Positions 29,201 to 39,043 are shown, counted from the first letter of the stretch. The stretch: DNA of 54,040 bases from a virus (IMGVR_UViG_3300042869_000287:1-54040); one strand, 5' to 3'. Notes: a model not told the origin generated them from the sequence alone. Numbers and translations: made by a program.

Positions 29201-31152
29201 CATCTAGATTCATAGATAATTCACCAAATGCATTTGCACTTACAACTGGTAGTACACTATCAGTACAGCGTTTCTCACCATTCAATCCGTTATCAGTAAC
29301 CCCAACAAGTTATAGTGGTTATTTTGATGGTAGTGGGGATTATTTAAGCGTCCCTACAACTAGTGGAAACTTAAATCAAACCGGAGACTTTACATATGAG
29401 ATGTGGATCTACTGGAAATCTATGCCTACTACGGGTTATCAAAATATTGCAGGGCAAGGTGAAGCTGGACAAAGTAGTTATGGATTGCTGGCTGGAAATG
29501 CTGCATCAAATACTTGGTCTGCACCTTATGTATTCAAGTTAAATGTTGCAAACTCGGGTGATGTATTGAATGGTAATACAGCATTAGTTGCAGGACAATG
29601 GTATCACTTAGCACACACTAGAACAAGTGGCGTTAATAGATTGTTTGTTGATGGAGTAGTGCAAACTAATACATACACTGATAATACAAGTCGTACATTT
29701 GCTGGTAATCCGTATCTAATTGGAAATAATAGTAACGGCTATATTAGTAATTTTAGATTTATTCAAGGTACTTCTTTATATACAACTACATTTACCCCTC
29801 CAACAAGTCCATTGACTGCGGTATCTGGTACACAACTACTAACACTACAATCACCGACATTTATTGATAACAGTACAAATAACCTTACAATTACTGCTGT
29901 CGGTAATAGTCAGCCAACAATACAAAACTCATTCGGATTTACCAGTGCATTAACAAATGGATATACACCAAGTACAATAGGTGGTTCTGGTTACTTTGAT
30001 GGTACTGGAGATTATTTAACTGTGCCGTATTCAAGTAGTTTTAGTATACCGTCAAATACTGCATTTACATTTGAATGTTGGGTTTATACTACAATAAATA
30101 ATATTTTCACAGTGGCTAATAGAAATTGGAACTATGGAGGCACCGGTCCAACGTGGGCATTTTATTTAAATAATGGAACAACACCAGGTTGGGGTATTGC
30201 CGGCACAGGTTACTCGACCTATAATATGTTGAATTCATCATCTGTAAGTGGAAAGCTAGGCGCATGGAATCATTATGTATGGACTCGAGATAGTAGTAAT
30301 GTTTGTAGTATGTATGTAAATGGTATAAACGGAGGCGTGTCTAGAACAGACGGTCAAGCTATGACATCAGGTAGTGGTAATGTTTTTATTGGTGTGTCTT
30401 CTAATTTAGCATCACCCTATGCTAATGGAAATATATCAAATATGAGATTTGTATTAGGTACGGCAGTATACACCAGTAACTTTGTTCCACCGGCGTCTCC
30501 ACTACAGGCAATCACCAATACAAGTTTATTAACTAATATGACCAGTGCTGGTATCTACGATGCCGCAATGATGACCAATATGGAAACATTGGGTGATGCA
30601 AAATTAAGTACAGCAGTAAGTAAGTTTGGGGGTAGTAGTATGAGTTTTGATGGTACAGGGGATTATTTAACTGCACCGTTTAATCCAACATTTAATCTAG
30701 GTACTGGTAACTTTACAATTGAATTTTGGGTCAATACATCATCAACTGTGGCATATGCAACAGCATTACGTTTAGGTGATACTTGGACAACAGGTAGTTG
30801 GGCCTTATATTTAAATGATTCCGGTGGTAGCGGATATCCTAGTTGGTGGAATCAAACCGGCTCTTATACATTAAGTACTTCTGGTGCATTAATCAACGAC
30901 GGTTCTTGGCATCATATTGCATTGGTCAGAAATGGTGCTACTATGACAATGTATATTGATGGAACTAGTAGAGGAACATTATCAATTGGTACTAACACTG
31001 TCGGAGATACTACTACTAAACTGTGGATTGGTAGAGACTCTAGTAATGTACGTGAATGGGTAGGATATATGGATGACCTAAGAATAACAAAAGGTTATGC
31101 ACGTTATACAAGTAACTTCACACCACCAACAAGTGCATTCCAGATTAAATAA
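26263..31152 (+). CDS. Large adhesin/fibre with IPT and Ig-like domains and six ConA/LamG-like repeats
   Basis: Repeats of FDGxGDYL..FTIExW..WxHxA..YISNxRxxKG.AxYT..FTP; GSLPTGVTL Ig-like repeats. Confidence 0.85.
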   Translation: MSLKSLKNQTLRNKSTINSVNLTGGASTGPVITSIVVTDSNYNNLDDTALLPAGGYAKLIGSGFASGCSAYFNGTSVTTTFVSATEVRVVIPATSVGTYNVMLFNPSTAGAIYLNLGISSAPTFTTTAGSLGTSYETTAVSTSIAATGDTPITYALYSGSLPTGVTLASNGTLSGTSPVEASSTTYSFIVQATDAQLQDTTRSFSLTISTDVVTWSTPAADFAYTLIGNEAMANVSLLATSAAGYGVTYAANTLPTGVSLSGNTVFGTPTTEQTIYTALTATANTTGRTATRYVSWSVVLGDAFWKYNTLLIPGASTTFVDDASTNNFAVTINGDTRPNNFSPYTAGYYSNFFDGSGDWLTFPNNAGYEFGSGAFTVELWAYITGSSGTVANYSNGQSSNSNFAWELYQVSTTVMQFSVFEGATQYISSSSAFKTNSWNHIACVRSGNTLTTYVNGVAGGTTANITGVSISVPASSTLKLCSYGNGSSYLTGYISNFRVVKGTAVYTAAFTPSTTPLTAISNTSLLTCQSNRFIDNSTNNFTITVTGNTLISSFDPFVPNTSYSTYGSGYFDGTGDYLSIPSNAALQLPTGDFTIEAWIYLTGALGSYYFIFTQTGSTNATSNWDFTVNGNASGQLRFEAFSGGTQIINLIGTSSVPVNAWTHVAVTRSGSTYTIWMNGISQGTASSASTVNTNALTTYIGQNFNNTYYFPGYITDARLVKGTAVYTTTFTPPSAPLTAIANTSLLTLQNNQPVNNNIFLDNSTNNSLITRSGNTTQGTFSPYGDNWSNYFTGASTSYIQTPAGSTTAILGTAGGGITPTATFTIECWIYQIQRQTALTTPVLIGDQGVNGSLYWTFGPDSSGKLAFYHYTGSQVLATGNDTIPLNTWTHIAMSINSGAIKLFVNGTLQTITGATTTGTQSGTFGYLLTGGFYNFTSTHAYIGNLSNLRIVKSALYSTTFTPSTTPLTPITNTGLLMCQSSRFIDNSPNAFALTTGSTLSVQRFSPFNPLSVTPTSYSGYFDGSGDYLSVPTTSGNLNQTGDFTYEMWIYWKSMPTTGYQNIAGQGEAGQSSYGLLAGNAASNTWSAPYVFKLNVANSGDVLNGNTALVAGQWYHLAHTRTSGVNRLFVDGVVQTNTYTDNTSRTFAGNPYLIGNNSNGYISNFRFIQGTSLYTTTFTPPTSPLTAVSGTQLLTLQSPTFIDNSTNNLTITAVGNSQPTIQNSFGFTSALTNGYTPSTIGGSGYFDGTGDYLTVPYSSSFSIPSNTAFTFECWVYTTINNIFTVANRNWNYGGTGPTWAFYLNNGTTPGWGIAGTGYSTYNMLNSSSVSGKLGAWNHYVWTRDSSNVCSMYVNGINGGVSRTDGQAMTSGSGNVFIGVSSNLASPYANGNISNMRFVLGTAVYTSNFVPPASPLQAITNTSLLTNMTSAGIYDAAMMTNMETLGDAKLSTAVSKFGGSSMSFDGTGDYLTAPFNPTFNLGTGNFTIEFWVNTSSTVAYATALRLGDTWTTGSWALYLNDSGGSGYPSWWNQTGSYTLSTSGALINDGSWHHIALVRNGATMTMYIDGTSRGTLSIGTNTVGDTTTKLWIGRDSSNVREWVGYMDDLRITKGYARYTSNFTPPTSAFQIK

Positions 31153-31165
31153 GAATTAGAATAAA

Positions 31166-33316
31166 ATGACTACTAAAGTAAATACACCCAATTTAAATGC
31201 AACGTTCCTTGGTACGTTGGTGAAAATTAATGACACACAAACTGTCAATAATAAAACTTTTAATTCTCCAACATTGGTAACTCCAGCACTTGGTACTCCT
31301 GCGTCTGGTGATTTCAGTGCTGGTTCATTTACATGGCCTCTGTTCTACCAAGATATCAAGGCTAACGCTGCGTTCGATAAAGCAAACTCGACATTTGACC
31401 ATGCCACAAGTTCATACAATGCAGCTAATACTGCCGACCAAAAGGCAGTGTCTGCAGGTTCTTATGCCAATTCAGCTTATGCTCTGGCGAATACTGCAAG
31501 TCAAGGTGTATCATCTTCTGGTACATATGCCAACTCAGCATTTGTTGCAGCCAATACGGCAGACCAACGTGCTGTAACAAGTGGTGTATATGCTAATGCT
31601 GCTTTCTCTCAAGCGAATACTGCCACAACAAATGCGGCCACTGCTGACCAACACGCAATCACATCCGGTGATTATGCTAACTCAGCATACACTTCGGCCA
31701 ATTCAGTATCGTCTTATGCTAATGGTGCTTTTATTGCAGCCAATACTGCCGACCAACGAGCAGTAACTTCAGGTGTATATGCTAACGCTTCCTATGATGT
31801 TGCCAACTCAGCATCAAGTTATGCCAATGGTGCATTTGCTGTTGCTAACACTGGTGCAACTAATGCATTATCTGCTGGTTCGTATGCCAATGGTGCATTT
31901 ACGACTGCTAACACCAAGTTTAACTCCACTGGCGGTACAATCTCGGGTGATGTTGTTGTTACTGGTAATCTAACCATATCTGGAAATGTAACATCGATAT
32001 CAGCAACAAACCTAAGCATTGAAGATAATATGATTTATCTGAATGCCAACAATGATGTTTCTAATCCTGATATTGGCCTTGCAGCTAGTTATAACGATGG
32101 AACATATCATCACACCGGTGTATTCCGTGACGCAACAGACGGCACATGGAAGTTTTATTACAACTATGATCCAGAACCAGACGCATCACCATATATCGAC
32201 ACAGCACATGCAACGTTCAGAATTGCTAATCTAACAGCAAACCTTATTACTGATGTAGCAACTATACGTGGTTACGATCCAATCAATCATGCTAATGCTT
32301 CATATGCACATGCTAATGCCGCATATACTGCAGCTAATAACTCGGTTGACACATGGGTTCGTGATGCCGCTAACTCAGCATCATCGTATGCCAACTCTGC
32401 ATACACTACATCAAACACGGCCGCAACAAATGCGCTGTCTGCTGGTTCGTATGCCAATGGTGCTTTTTCAGCCGCTAACACTGCTGACCAAAAGGCCGTA
32501 TCTGCTGGTTCTTATGCTAACTCAGCATATGCCGCTGCCAATACTGCGGCAACTGGTGCATCCACTGCTGACCAGAAAGCAGTTACATCTGGTGATTATG
32601 CTAATTCAGCATACACTCAAGCAAATACTGCCGTCACAAATGCTGCTTCTGCTTCATCATATGCTAATTCTGCTTATACGGCAGCTAATAGTGCTGTAAC
32701 AACAACTGGTTCACAAACATTAACAAATAAACTTTTATCTGATAGTACAACTTCATTTATTGATGAAGCAGATGCAAGTAAGAGGATGCAATTTCAATTA
32801 TCTTCTGTGTCTTCTGGTGCAACTAGAATTTTAACTGTACCAAATTATAATGCAACAATTGCCACACTATCTGGTACCGAAACATTAACGTCAAAGACTT
32901 TAACAACTCCAAATATTAATGGTCCTTTAGTTGCATCACCAAAAGAAAAATTTATCACCAGTACTGCTCCAGAATCAACATTAAATTTATATATTGGTGA
33001 TACTACGATTCATTATTACACAAGTAATGCCACAAATAATTTTACACTAAACATTGCAGCATATAATGATGTGTCTTTGAATAATTGGTTGGCAACTAAT
33101 TCTTCAGTTACTTTTGTATTGATGGTAACAAATGGATCAACTGCCTATTATCCAAATGTATTTCAAATTGATGGTATCACCGTAACACCTAAGTATACTA
33201 ATGGAATTGCTATTACAGCTGGCAATGCAAGTGCAATTGATATGTACAACTTCACAATTTTCAAAACAGCTTCAGCTACATACACAGCAATTATGTCGCA
33301 AACTAAGTTAGCTTAA
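31166..33316 (+). CDS. Tail fibre-like protein with long ANxA repeat shafts
   Basis: Many YANxA(Y/F)xxANTA repeats, GGTISGD.V.TGNLT, QTLTNK motifs. Confidence 0.75.
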   Translation: MTTKVNTPNLNATFLGTLVKINDTQTVNNKTFNSPTLVTPALGTPASGDFSAGSFTWPLFYQDIKANAAFDKANSTFDHATSSYNAANTADQKAVSAGSYANSAYALANTASQGVSSSGTYANSAFVAANTADQRAVTSGVYANAAFSQANTATTNAATADQHAITSGDYANSAYTSANSVSSYANGAFIAANTADQRAVTSGVYANASYDVANSASSYANGAFAVANTGATNALSAGSYANGAFTTANTKFNSTGGTISGDVVVTGNLTISGNVTSISATNLSIEDNMIYLNANNDVSNPDIGLAASYNDGTYHHTGVFRDATDGTWKFYYNYDPEPDASPYIDTAHATFRIANLTANLITDVATIRGYDPINHANASYAHANAAYTAANNSVDTWVRDAANSASSYANSAYTTSNTAATNALSAGSYANGAFSAANTADQKAVSAGSYANSAYAAANTAATGASTADQKAVTSGDYANSAYTQANTAVTNAASASSYANSAYTAANSAVTTTGSQTLTNKLLSDSTTSFIDEADASKRMQFQLSSVSSGATRILTVPNYNATIATLSGTETLTSKTLTTPNINGPLVASPKEKFITSTAPESTLNLYIGDTTIHYYTSNATNNFTLNIAAYNDVSLNNWLATNSSVTFVLMVTNGSTAYYPNVFQIDGITVTPKYTNGIAITAGNASAIDMYNFTIFKTASATYTAIMSQTKLA

Positions 33317-33326
33317 GGATTATATT

Positions 33327-35792
33327 ATGCCGTTAAGAACGATGTTGACCAGTTTTGGTTTACATTATAGTGGACCAACTACACCATTAAACACTGTTGC
33401 GCCTGCAATTACAGGAACTGCAACTTCTGGATCCACATTAACTTGTAGTACTGGTACTTGGTTAGGTGTGCAACCAATAACTTTTGCATATCAATGGTAT
33501 AGAGATTCTGTATTGATAGCTGGTGAAACTAACAACACCTATACAATAATTTCAACTGATATTGGTTTCTCTTTTGTTTGTACAGTTACTGCAACAAACT
33601 CTTTAGGTTCTACTAGTGCAGATTCAAATTCAATTTTCATAAATGCAACTATTCCAGCCGGCACAATTATTATGTATGATGGTGCTGATCCTAGTATATC
33701 TGGATGGACATTATATTCAAACACAACTAATCGATACATCAGAGGCACAGGAACGCAAGGAAACATAAACACGACTTATGCTAACACAGGTAATGTTTCA
33801 GGCACAATTGCGTTTGCTCCAGCTGGCGGCCATGGATCTATTTCTGGCACATTTAAAACTTCTTGGATAGCTTACCCTGGTACTTTTGGTTCAAGTCAAG
33901 CATTAACATCGGGTACAGCAGGCGCTCATGTTCATACATCCACAATTTCAAATACACCTATTAATAATGCTCTACCTTGGACATCTGACTTTACTTTTTT
34001 AGTTGCTTCAACCGATCAAACAGTTTTTCCAGCAAACACAATACACATGAGGGATACTGCAATTTCTGGTTGGACTCAAAAACTTGCCACAAATCCAGGT
34101 TCACCAACATTCAGCACCGTTCGTAATATTCGTGGAACTCCAGGTTCCACATCACCTACTGAAACCGCTTTGGTTACTGCGCCAATAACAGGACCCATAA
34201 TTACGTCTTCTGATGGATCACACTCTCATTTTATTGCTGATACTGCATATCGCAATCCAGCAACAGGTACCAGTTTAGGTGGTGGAAGTTATCTGCCTCC
34301 ATCACCATCGTTTGTTGGTAGTAATCCTGCACCTTCACCGGACGGCCAATCACACGCACACAGTGTTACCGCAACATATTATTTGAAATCTTTACAATCT
34401 AAAGCAATGAAACTTTGGGTTGCAGCTGCACAAACCGGTGTTCTGAGTAACACTATGTGTTTATATTCTGGCACACTAAGTTCTTTGCCTTCTTATTGGA
34501 AACTTTGTGATGGGTTTGACGGAACACCAAATATGACTGGTTTTTATTTGTCACACTCATCATCATCTGGAACATCTCACGGTGCAACGATTAGTAAAAG
34601 TTCTGAGATGCAAGCTACGGCTGCACCATATTCTTGGCCACACCACCATGGATATGGAACAGGAAGTGTTTCGAGTGGTGGTTATGCAACCAAAGATTAT
34701 TGGCACACCTCTGGTTCATCATCACATAGCCACTCTTACTCATCAACGCCATCTATAACTGATACTTATACTACAGAAACAGTCGAGTTGGCGTTTATTC
34801 AATATACACCTGGATCGGGTTCATTATCTACTTATTCGATTACTCCTTCTGCCAACACCGTAGATGAAGGTAATACGATAACATTCACGGTTTCTACAAC
34901 AAATGTTGTGGATGGAAGCAGCTTGTCGTGGGTAATAGATGACATTACTGCCAACGGAACGTCCGATTTAGGTACAACAGGTAATAATGTTACGATTAAT
35001 TCTGGAACAGCAACATTCACAGTAACACCTACAGCTGATGGTTTAACAGAAGGTAATCAAACATTTACAGTTTCAGTAAAAAGAGGTGATTCAATTGTAG
35101 CCACAAGTGAAACTATCACAATCATTGATACTTTTGCTTTATCATTCACAGCAACTTCTAGAACAATGTCGGGTTATGCACCTGTATCTAGAACTGGATG
35201 GACTCTTGGAACTCTAATACCAAGTAGTTATGATGATGGTTTCGCTGGTCCATATACAAGTGTTATGCCAGCTGGAACATCTTGGTTTATGAATAACACT
35301 GCATATAATTCATACTATGTCAGTTCGAATGGATTATTAACTTTTGGTGCAGGAACAGCCAGCGGTACGTTGTCAGCATTATCTATTGCGCCTTGTCCAG
35401 GTGACCAATATTGGGGTAGAAATGGTAGTAATATTGGTAGTAGTAACCAACAAGGTATGGCATATAAATTCGGAACAACATCTACTGGGTATTATTTCTT
35501 CTCAGTAAACATGCAAGGCTGGGCGTACGGTACCAGCTACACTGATAGAAGTTGGGAGATAAATTGTTTCTGGAATGCAGATAATTCAAAACAGTATATT
35601 GAAATTATATACAGTCCAGCCTTTGGAAGTAATTATTCTGGCACCGCCGGTGTATATGGTGGTTCATCAGTCGGTTACTCTGGCACCACATATGCTACAC
35701 CTGATAAGAGCATGGCTTTCAGTAGTACGAATAAAGGTGTTAATTGGACTTTGGCTGGCCAAGGTTCTTGGACTGGAGTTGGAACATTTTAA
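33327..35792 (+). CDS. Tail fibre/receptor-binding protein with collar-like domains and HxH motifs
   Basis: IPAGTIIMY, WKLCDG..GTPN, AHVH/SHSH/HAH motifs, Ig/Calx-beta-like segments. Confidence 0.7.
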   Translation: MPLRTMLTSFGLHYSGPTTPLNTVAPAITGTATSGSTLTCSTGTWLGVQPITFAYQWYRDSVLIAGETNNTYTIISTDIGFSFVCTVTATNSLGSTSADSNSIFINATIPAGTIIMYDGADPSISGWTLYSNTTNRYIRGTGTQGNINTTYANTGNVSGTIAFAPAGGHGSISGTFKTSWIAYPGTFGSSQALTSGTAGAHVHTSTISNTPINNALPWTSDFTFLVASTDQTVFPANTIHMRDTAISGWTQKLATNPGSPTFSTVRNIRGTPGSTSPTETALVTAPITGPIITSSDGSHSHFIADTAYRNPATGTSLGGGSYLPPSPSFVGSNPAPSPDGQSHAHSVTATYYLKSLQSKAMKLWVAAAQTGVLSNTMCLYSGTLSSLPSYWKLCDGFDGTPNMTGFYLSHSSSSGTSHGATISKSSEMQATAAPYSWPHHHGYGTGSVSSGGYATKDYWHTSGSSSHSHSYSSTPSITDTYTTETVELAFIQYTPGSGSLSTYSITPSANTVDEGNTITFTVSTTNVVDGSSLSWVIDDITANGTSDLGTTGNNVTINSGTATFTVTPTADGLTEGNQTFTVSVKRGDSIVATSETITIIDTFALSFTATSRTMSGYAPVSRTGWTLGTLIPSSYDDGFAGPYTSVMPAGTSWFMNNTAYNSYYVSSNGLLTFGAGTASGTLSALSIAPCPGDQYWGRNGSNIGSSNQQGMAYKFGTTSTGYYFFSVNMQGWAYGTSYTDRSWEINCFWNADNSKQYIEIIYSPAFGSNYSGTAGVYGGSSVGYSGTTYATPDKSMAFSSTNKGVNWTLAGQGSWTGVGTF

Positions 35793-35817
35793 TGATGTAA
35801 ATTGATGAGAGTAAATT

Positions 35818-36378
35818 ATGGAAAAAATAAATGATTATATTAAAGTATACAAAGGTGGCATATCAAATGAATTGTGTGATAGAATACTGAATGAATATAA
35901 AAATTGTGATGGTTGGGAAGAAGCCAGAGTAGGTGGACATATTGTAGATAAATCCATACGTAATGTTAGAAACATCAACATATCACATTCAGAAATTATA
36001 CAACAAAACCACGATACTAGAAGGCAATTAGATTCCGATTTATATGAAGTGGTTGCAAAACTTTTGGCAAATTATACCGAGATTGCACCACACACAACAA
36101 TTGTGAATGATAGTGGATATATATTACTAGAATATTCTGAAGGATGTTTTTACACTCAACACACAGACCATTTTGACAGTAATCCTAGATCCATATCTTG
36201 TTCTTTAAATTTGAACGATGATTACACAGGTGGTGAGTTTACCTTTTTTGATGATAAATTGTCATATACTTTAGGTAGAGGTGATGTTATAATGTTTCCT
36301 TCAAATTTTATGTACCCACATGCTATTAAACCTGTTTTGTCAGGCACAAGATATTCAATTATAACATGGTTTAATTAA
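35818..36378 (+). CDS. 2OG-Fe(II) oxygenase (prolyl-4-hydroxylase-like)
   Basis: HTD...LNDDYTGGE...FPS..YPH.I.PV..GTRYSI. Confidence 0.88.
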   Translation: MEKINDYIKVYKGGISNELCDRILNEYKNCDGWEEARVGGHIVDKSIRNVRNINISHSEIIQQNHDTRRQLDSDLYEVVAKLLANYTEIAPHTTIVNDSGYILLEYSEGCFYTQHTDHFDSNPRSISCSLNLNDDYTGGEFTFFDDKLSYTLGRGDVIMFPSNFMYPHAIKPVLSGTRYSIITWFN

Positions 36379-36382
36379 TAAT

Positions 36383-36919
36383 ATGAATGATGAATTGATA
36401 AAAAACAGTTATATAAAATTACCAAAGTTTATTTCAAATGAACGTGCTGATGAATTGAAAGCTGAATTTACTCAGTTTGCTAAGGTAAACAATCTTCGTG
36501 GAGATGGCCAAGCACCAAACTCAAGTGTTTCATATAACTATAAAAGTTTTTTGGAATTGTTGTGTAATAAAACTGCAGAATTGTCTAAAATTGTTGAGAG
36601 TCAATTATTACCAACTTACACTTATGCCAGAGTTTACTATGAAAAAAGTGTTTTAGAGAGACATGTTGATAGACCAGCCTGCGAGGTGAGTATCACATTG
36701 AATTTGGGTGGTGATGAAGAATGGCCTATTTACATTGAAACACCAGAAGGCAAAGAAGTTGAAATGAATTTAGAACCAGGTGATGCAATGTTATATCTCG
36801 GATGTGTTGCACCACATTGGAGAAATGAATTTTCTGGCAAAGAATATTGCCAAGCATTCATGCATTATGTACAGAGTGATGGTCCTTTCGCATGGGCTTA
36901 CTTTGACAAACAAAGATAA
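36383..36919 (+). CDS. 2OG-Fe(II) oxygenase-like protein
   Basis: YARVY, HVDRPACE.S.TL, GDAMLY.G...HWR. Confidence 0.8.
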   Translation: MNDELIKNSYIKLPKFISNERADELKAEFTQFAKVNNLRGDGQAPNSSVSYNYKSFLELLCNKTAELSKIVESQLLPTYTYARVYYEKSVLERHVDRPACEVSITLNLGGDEEWPIYIETPEGKEVEMNLEPGDAMLYLGCVAPHWRNEFSGKEYCQAFMHYVQSDGPFAWAYFDKQR

Positions 36920-36931
36920 ACGTAGTACAAT
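36903..36931 (+). promoter_or_regulatory. sigma70-type promoter
   Basis: TTGACA-N17-TACAAT. Confidence 0.7.
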
Positions 36932-36945
36932 AGAGAACTAAAAAT

Positions 36946-37227
36946 ATGGCAACTAAAAAATACGACCTAACCGCAATCATGGAAGAGTATGCTGATGATG
37001 ACTTCGGTTTCACGGCAACAGATGAAGAAGAATACAACTCCGTTATTGCCGAAAAAGATGACACGGTACAAGAATACAAAGAACGTCTGCAACAGGTAGA
37101 GAAACTAATTATGCCGTTTCTAACCAAGTTGTTGAAGACTGCCGACCAACCAATCATCAAGTGGCCTAATCGTAAAGAAACATTAGAGGCACAAATACAA
37201 AAAATACTTGCTTTAACCAGAGATTAA
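36946..37227 (+). CDS. Hypothetical protein
   Basis: DDDFGF, IMPFL..L, I.WPNR. Confidence 0.7.
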   Translation: MATKKYDLTAIMEEYADDDFGFTATDEEEYNSVIAEKDDTVQEYKERLQQVEKLIMPFLTKLLKTADQPIIKWPNRKETLEAQIQKILALTRD

Positions 37228-37236
37228 CTATATAAT
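37208..37236 (+). promoter_or_regulatory. sigma70-type promoter for the sugar cluster
   Basis: TTGCTT-N17-TATAAT, followed by GAGGAG SD. Confidence 0.65.
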
Positions 37237-37254
37237 TGTACGAGGAGATATATT

Positions 37255-38091
37255 ATGAAAGATTTGATAATCGGATGTTCCACCGGATATAAATGGGACA
37301 CAATTAAGTATTGGGTCAACTCTATCAATCAGTCAGGTTTTACTGGTGATAAAGTTTTGATTATGATGAATGCTGATAAAGAGACTGTAGATAGAGTCAC
37401 TGATACAGGATTCAAAGTTATCGGATTCAAACGGGATGAACAAGGCAATCTTGTATATCAGTCCAATATTATGGTACACGTTGAGAGATTTCTACACATC
37501 TATAATTTCTTGTCACAGAATGAGTATCGTTATGTCATTACGACTGACGTTAAAGATGTTATCTTCCAAAGCAATCCATTCAAACACATTGAGAAACATA
37601 TGGGTCAACGTCAACTATTGATGTTCTCCTCTGAAAGTATGTTATACAAAGATGAACCATGGGGTAACCAAAACTTGTTGGAGACTTATGGTCAATTCAT
37701 CTATGATAGATTCAAAGATAATCCAATCTACAACGTTGGTGTATTGGCTGGTCGTGGTGATGCAATGCGTGACTTGTGCATGAATATCTTTTCATCATGT
37801 CTAAACAAACCAATTCCAATTTGTGACCAATCTACATTCAACTTCCTGATTTCACAAGAACCATACAAGTCAACTTGTCGTTATACTAAATCGGAAGATG
37901 GGTGGGCATGTCAACTTGGTACAACTGCAGACCCAAGTAAGATAGACCAGTTCAGACCATTCTTGTTGGAACCATCTCCACACATGGAGATAGATAAAGT
38001 AGTAACGTCACAGAATAAAGAGTATGTGATTGTTCACCAGTATGATAGAGTGCCTGCATGGCGAAAGATTATTGAAGCAAAATATGGCTAA
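37255..38091 (+). CDS. GT-A-like glycosyltransferase
   Basis: TDVKDVIFQSNPF, NVGV..G, DQ..FN, HQYDR. Confidence 0.65.
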   Translation: MKDLIIGCSTGYKWDTIKYWVNSINQSGFTGDKVLIMMNADKETVDRVTDTGFKVIGFKRDEQGNLVYQSNIMVHVERFLHIYNFLSQNEYRYVITTDVKDVIFQSNPFKHIEKHMGQRQLLMFSSESMLYKDEPWGNQNLLETYGQFIYDRFKDNPIYNVGVLAGRGDAMRDLCMNIFSSCLNKPIPICDQSTFNFLISQEPYKSTCRYTKSEDGWACQLGTTADPSKIDQFRPFLLEPSPHMEIDKVVTSQNKEYVIVHQYDRVPAWRKIIEAKYG

Positions 38092-39043
38092 AATTTTATA
38101 TGTTGTCCACCGATATGCTCCATATCCCGGTGGTTCTGAAAATTATGTACGTGATATGGCAGAAGAAACATTCCGTAGAGGACATGATGTAACTGTACTT
38201 GCAGGCGAACACAAAGGTGATTTGAACGGAGTCAAAGTAACAAGTGACTTTCAAATTATGGGTTCAGAAGTCTTTGATTTGATTGTTGTGCATGGCGGTG
38301 ACGTTGGTGTACAAGATGTTGCATTGATGAACTCACAAAGAATTCCATCACCAATGTTGTTCATGTTGATTAAACCATCTGAGAGTGCCACATATCAACA
38401 TGCAATGAAACACGTTAAGTACATTGGTTGTTCAACCAAAGAAGATTGGGAATCAGCATTCAAACTTGGTCATCGTGACAAGGCAGTTCGGGTATCACAT
38501 GGCATCGATGCAGAGATTTCTTCTGGTACACCTGGATTCCGTGAGAAGTATGGAATCACAACACCATATATGTTCTTGTCGTGTGGTGGTTTCTGGCCTA
38601 ACAAAGCATTTCACGAATTGATTGCCACATTCAATGGTGTTGGTCGTGATGATGTTACACTTGTTCTGACTGGTTATGATAATCGTCACAACATCATGCC
38701 GCAAAATTCCAAACATGTGAAAGCGATGATGGTTGATGACCGCAATGATGTTATGTCTGCGATTAGAGATGCTGACCTTTATATCATGCACTCACACTCA
38801 GAAGGATTTGGATTGGTTCTACTGGAATCAATGTTAAATAGAACAGCATGGGCATCACGCAATATTGCAGGTGCCAAGGTGCTGAGTGATTTTGGATTCA
38901 CATATGATAATGATTCTGCTCTACGTGAGTACATGATTGATTTCAGAGGTGTGCCAGAGTCCAAACTTGATGATGCACATGAATACGTGATGAACGCACA
39001 TTTGATTAAAAACACAGTAAATGATATTTTGAAATTAATATGA
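38084..39043 (+). CDS. GT-B glycosyltransferase (GT4-like)
   Basis: PGGSE, HGID, EGFGLVLLESM; start placed at ATG 38084. Confidence 0.85.
   Translation: MAKILYVVHRYAPYPGGSENYVRDMAEETFRRGHDVTVLAGEHKGDLNGVKVTSDFQIMGSEVFDLIVVHGGDVGVQDVALMNSQRIPSPMLFMLIKPSESATYQHAMKHVKYIGCSTKEDWESAFKLGHRDKAVRVSHGIDAEISSGTPGFREKYGITTPYMFLSCGGFWPNKAFHELIATFNGVGRDDVTLVLTGYDNRHNIMPQNSKHVKAMMVDDRNDVMSAIRDADLYIMHSHSEGFGLVLLESMLNRTAWASRNIAGAKVLSDFGFTYDNDSALREYMIDFRGVPESKLDDAHEYVMNAHLIKNTVNDILKLI

Noticed and set aside
25720-31152. Diversity-generating retroelement suggested by the Mtd-N-like domain
   Set aside because: No reverse transcriptase and no template/variable repeat pair differing only at adenines is visible in the window.
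31290-32699. Alternative-frame + strand ORFs in the ANxA repeat genes (Met/Leu/Gln-rich)
   Set aside because: They are by-products of repetitive GCN/AAY codons and lack an SD, unlike the 44818 nested ORF.
21190-32700. CRISPR-like array from the repeated sequences
   Set aside because: The repeats are in-frame coding repeats with synonymous variation, not identical repeats with unique spacers; no cas genes.
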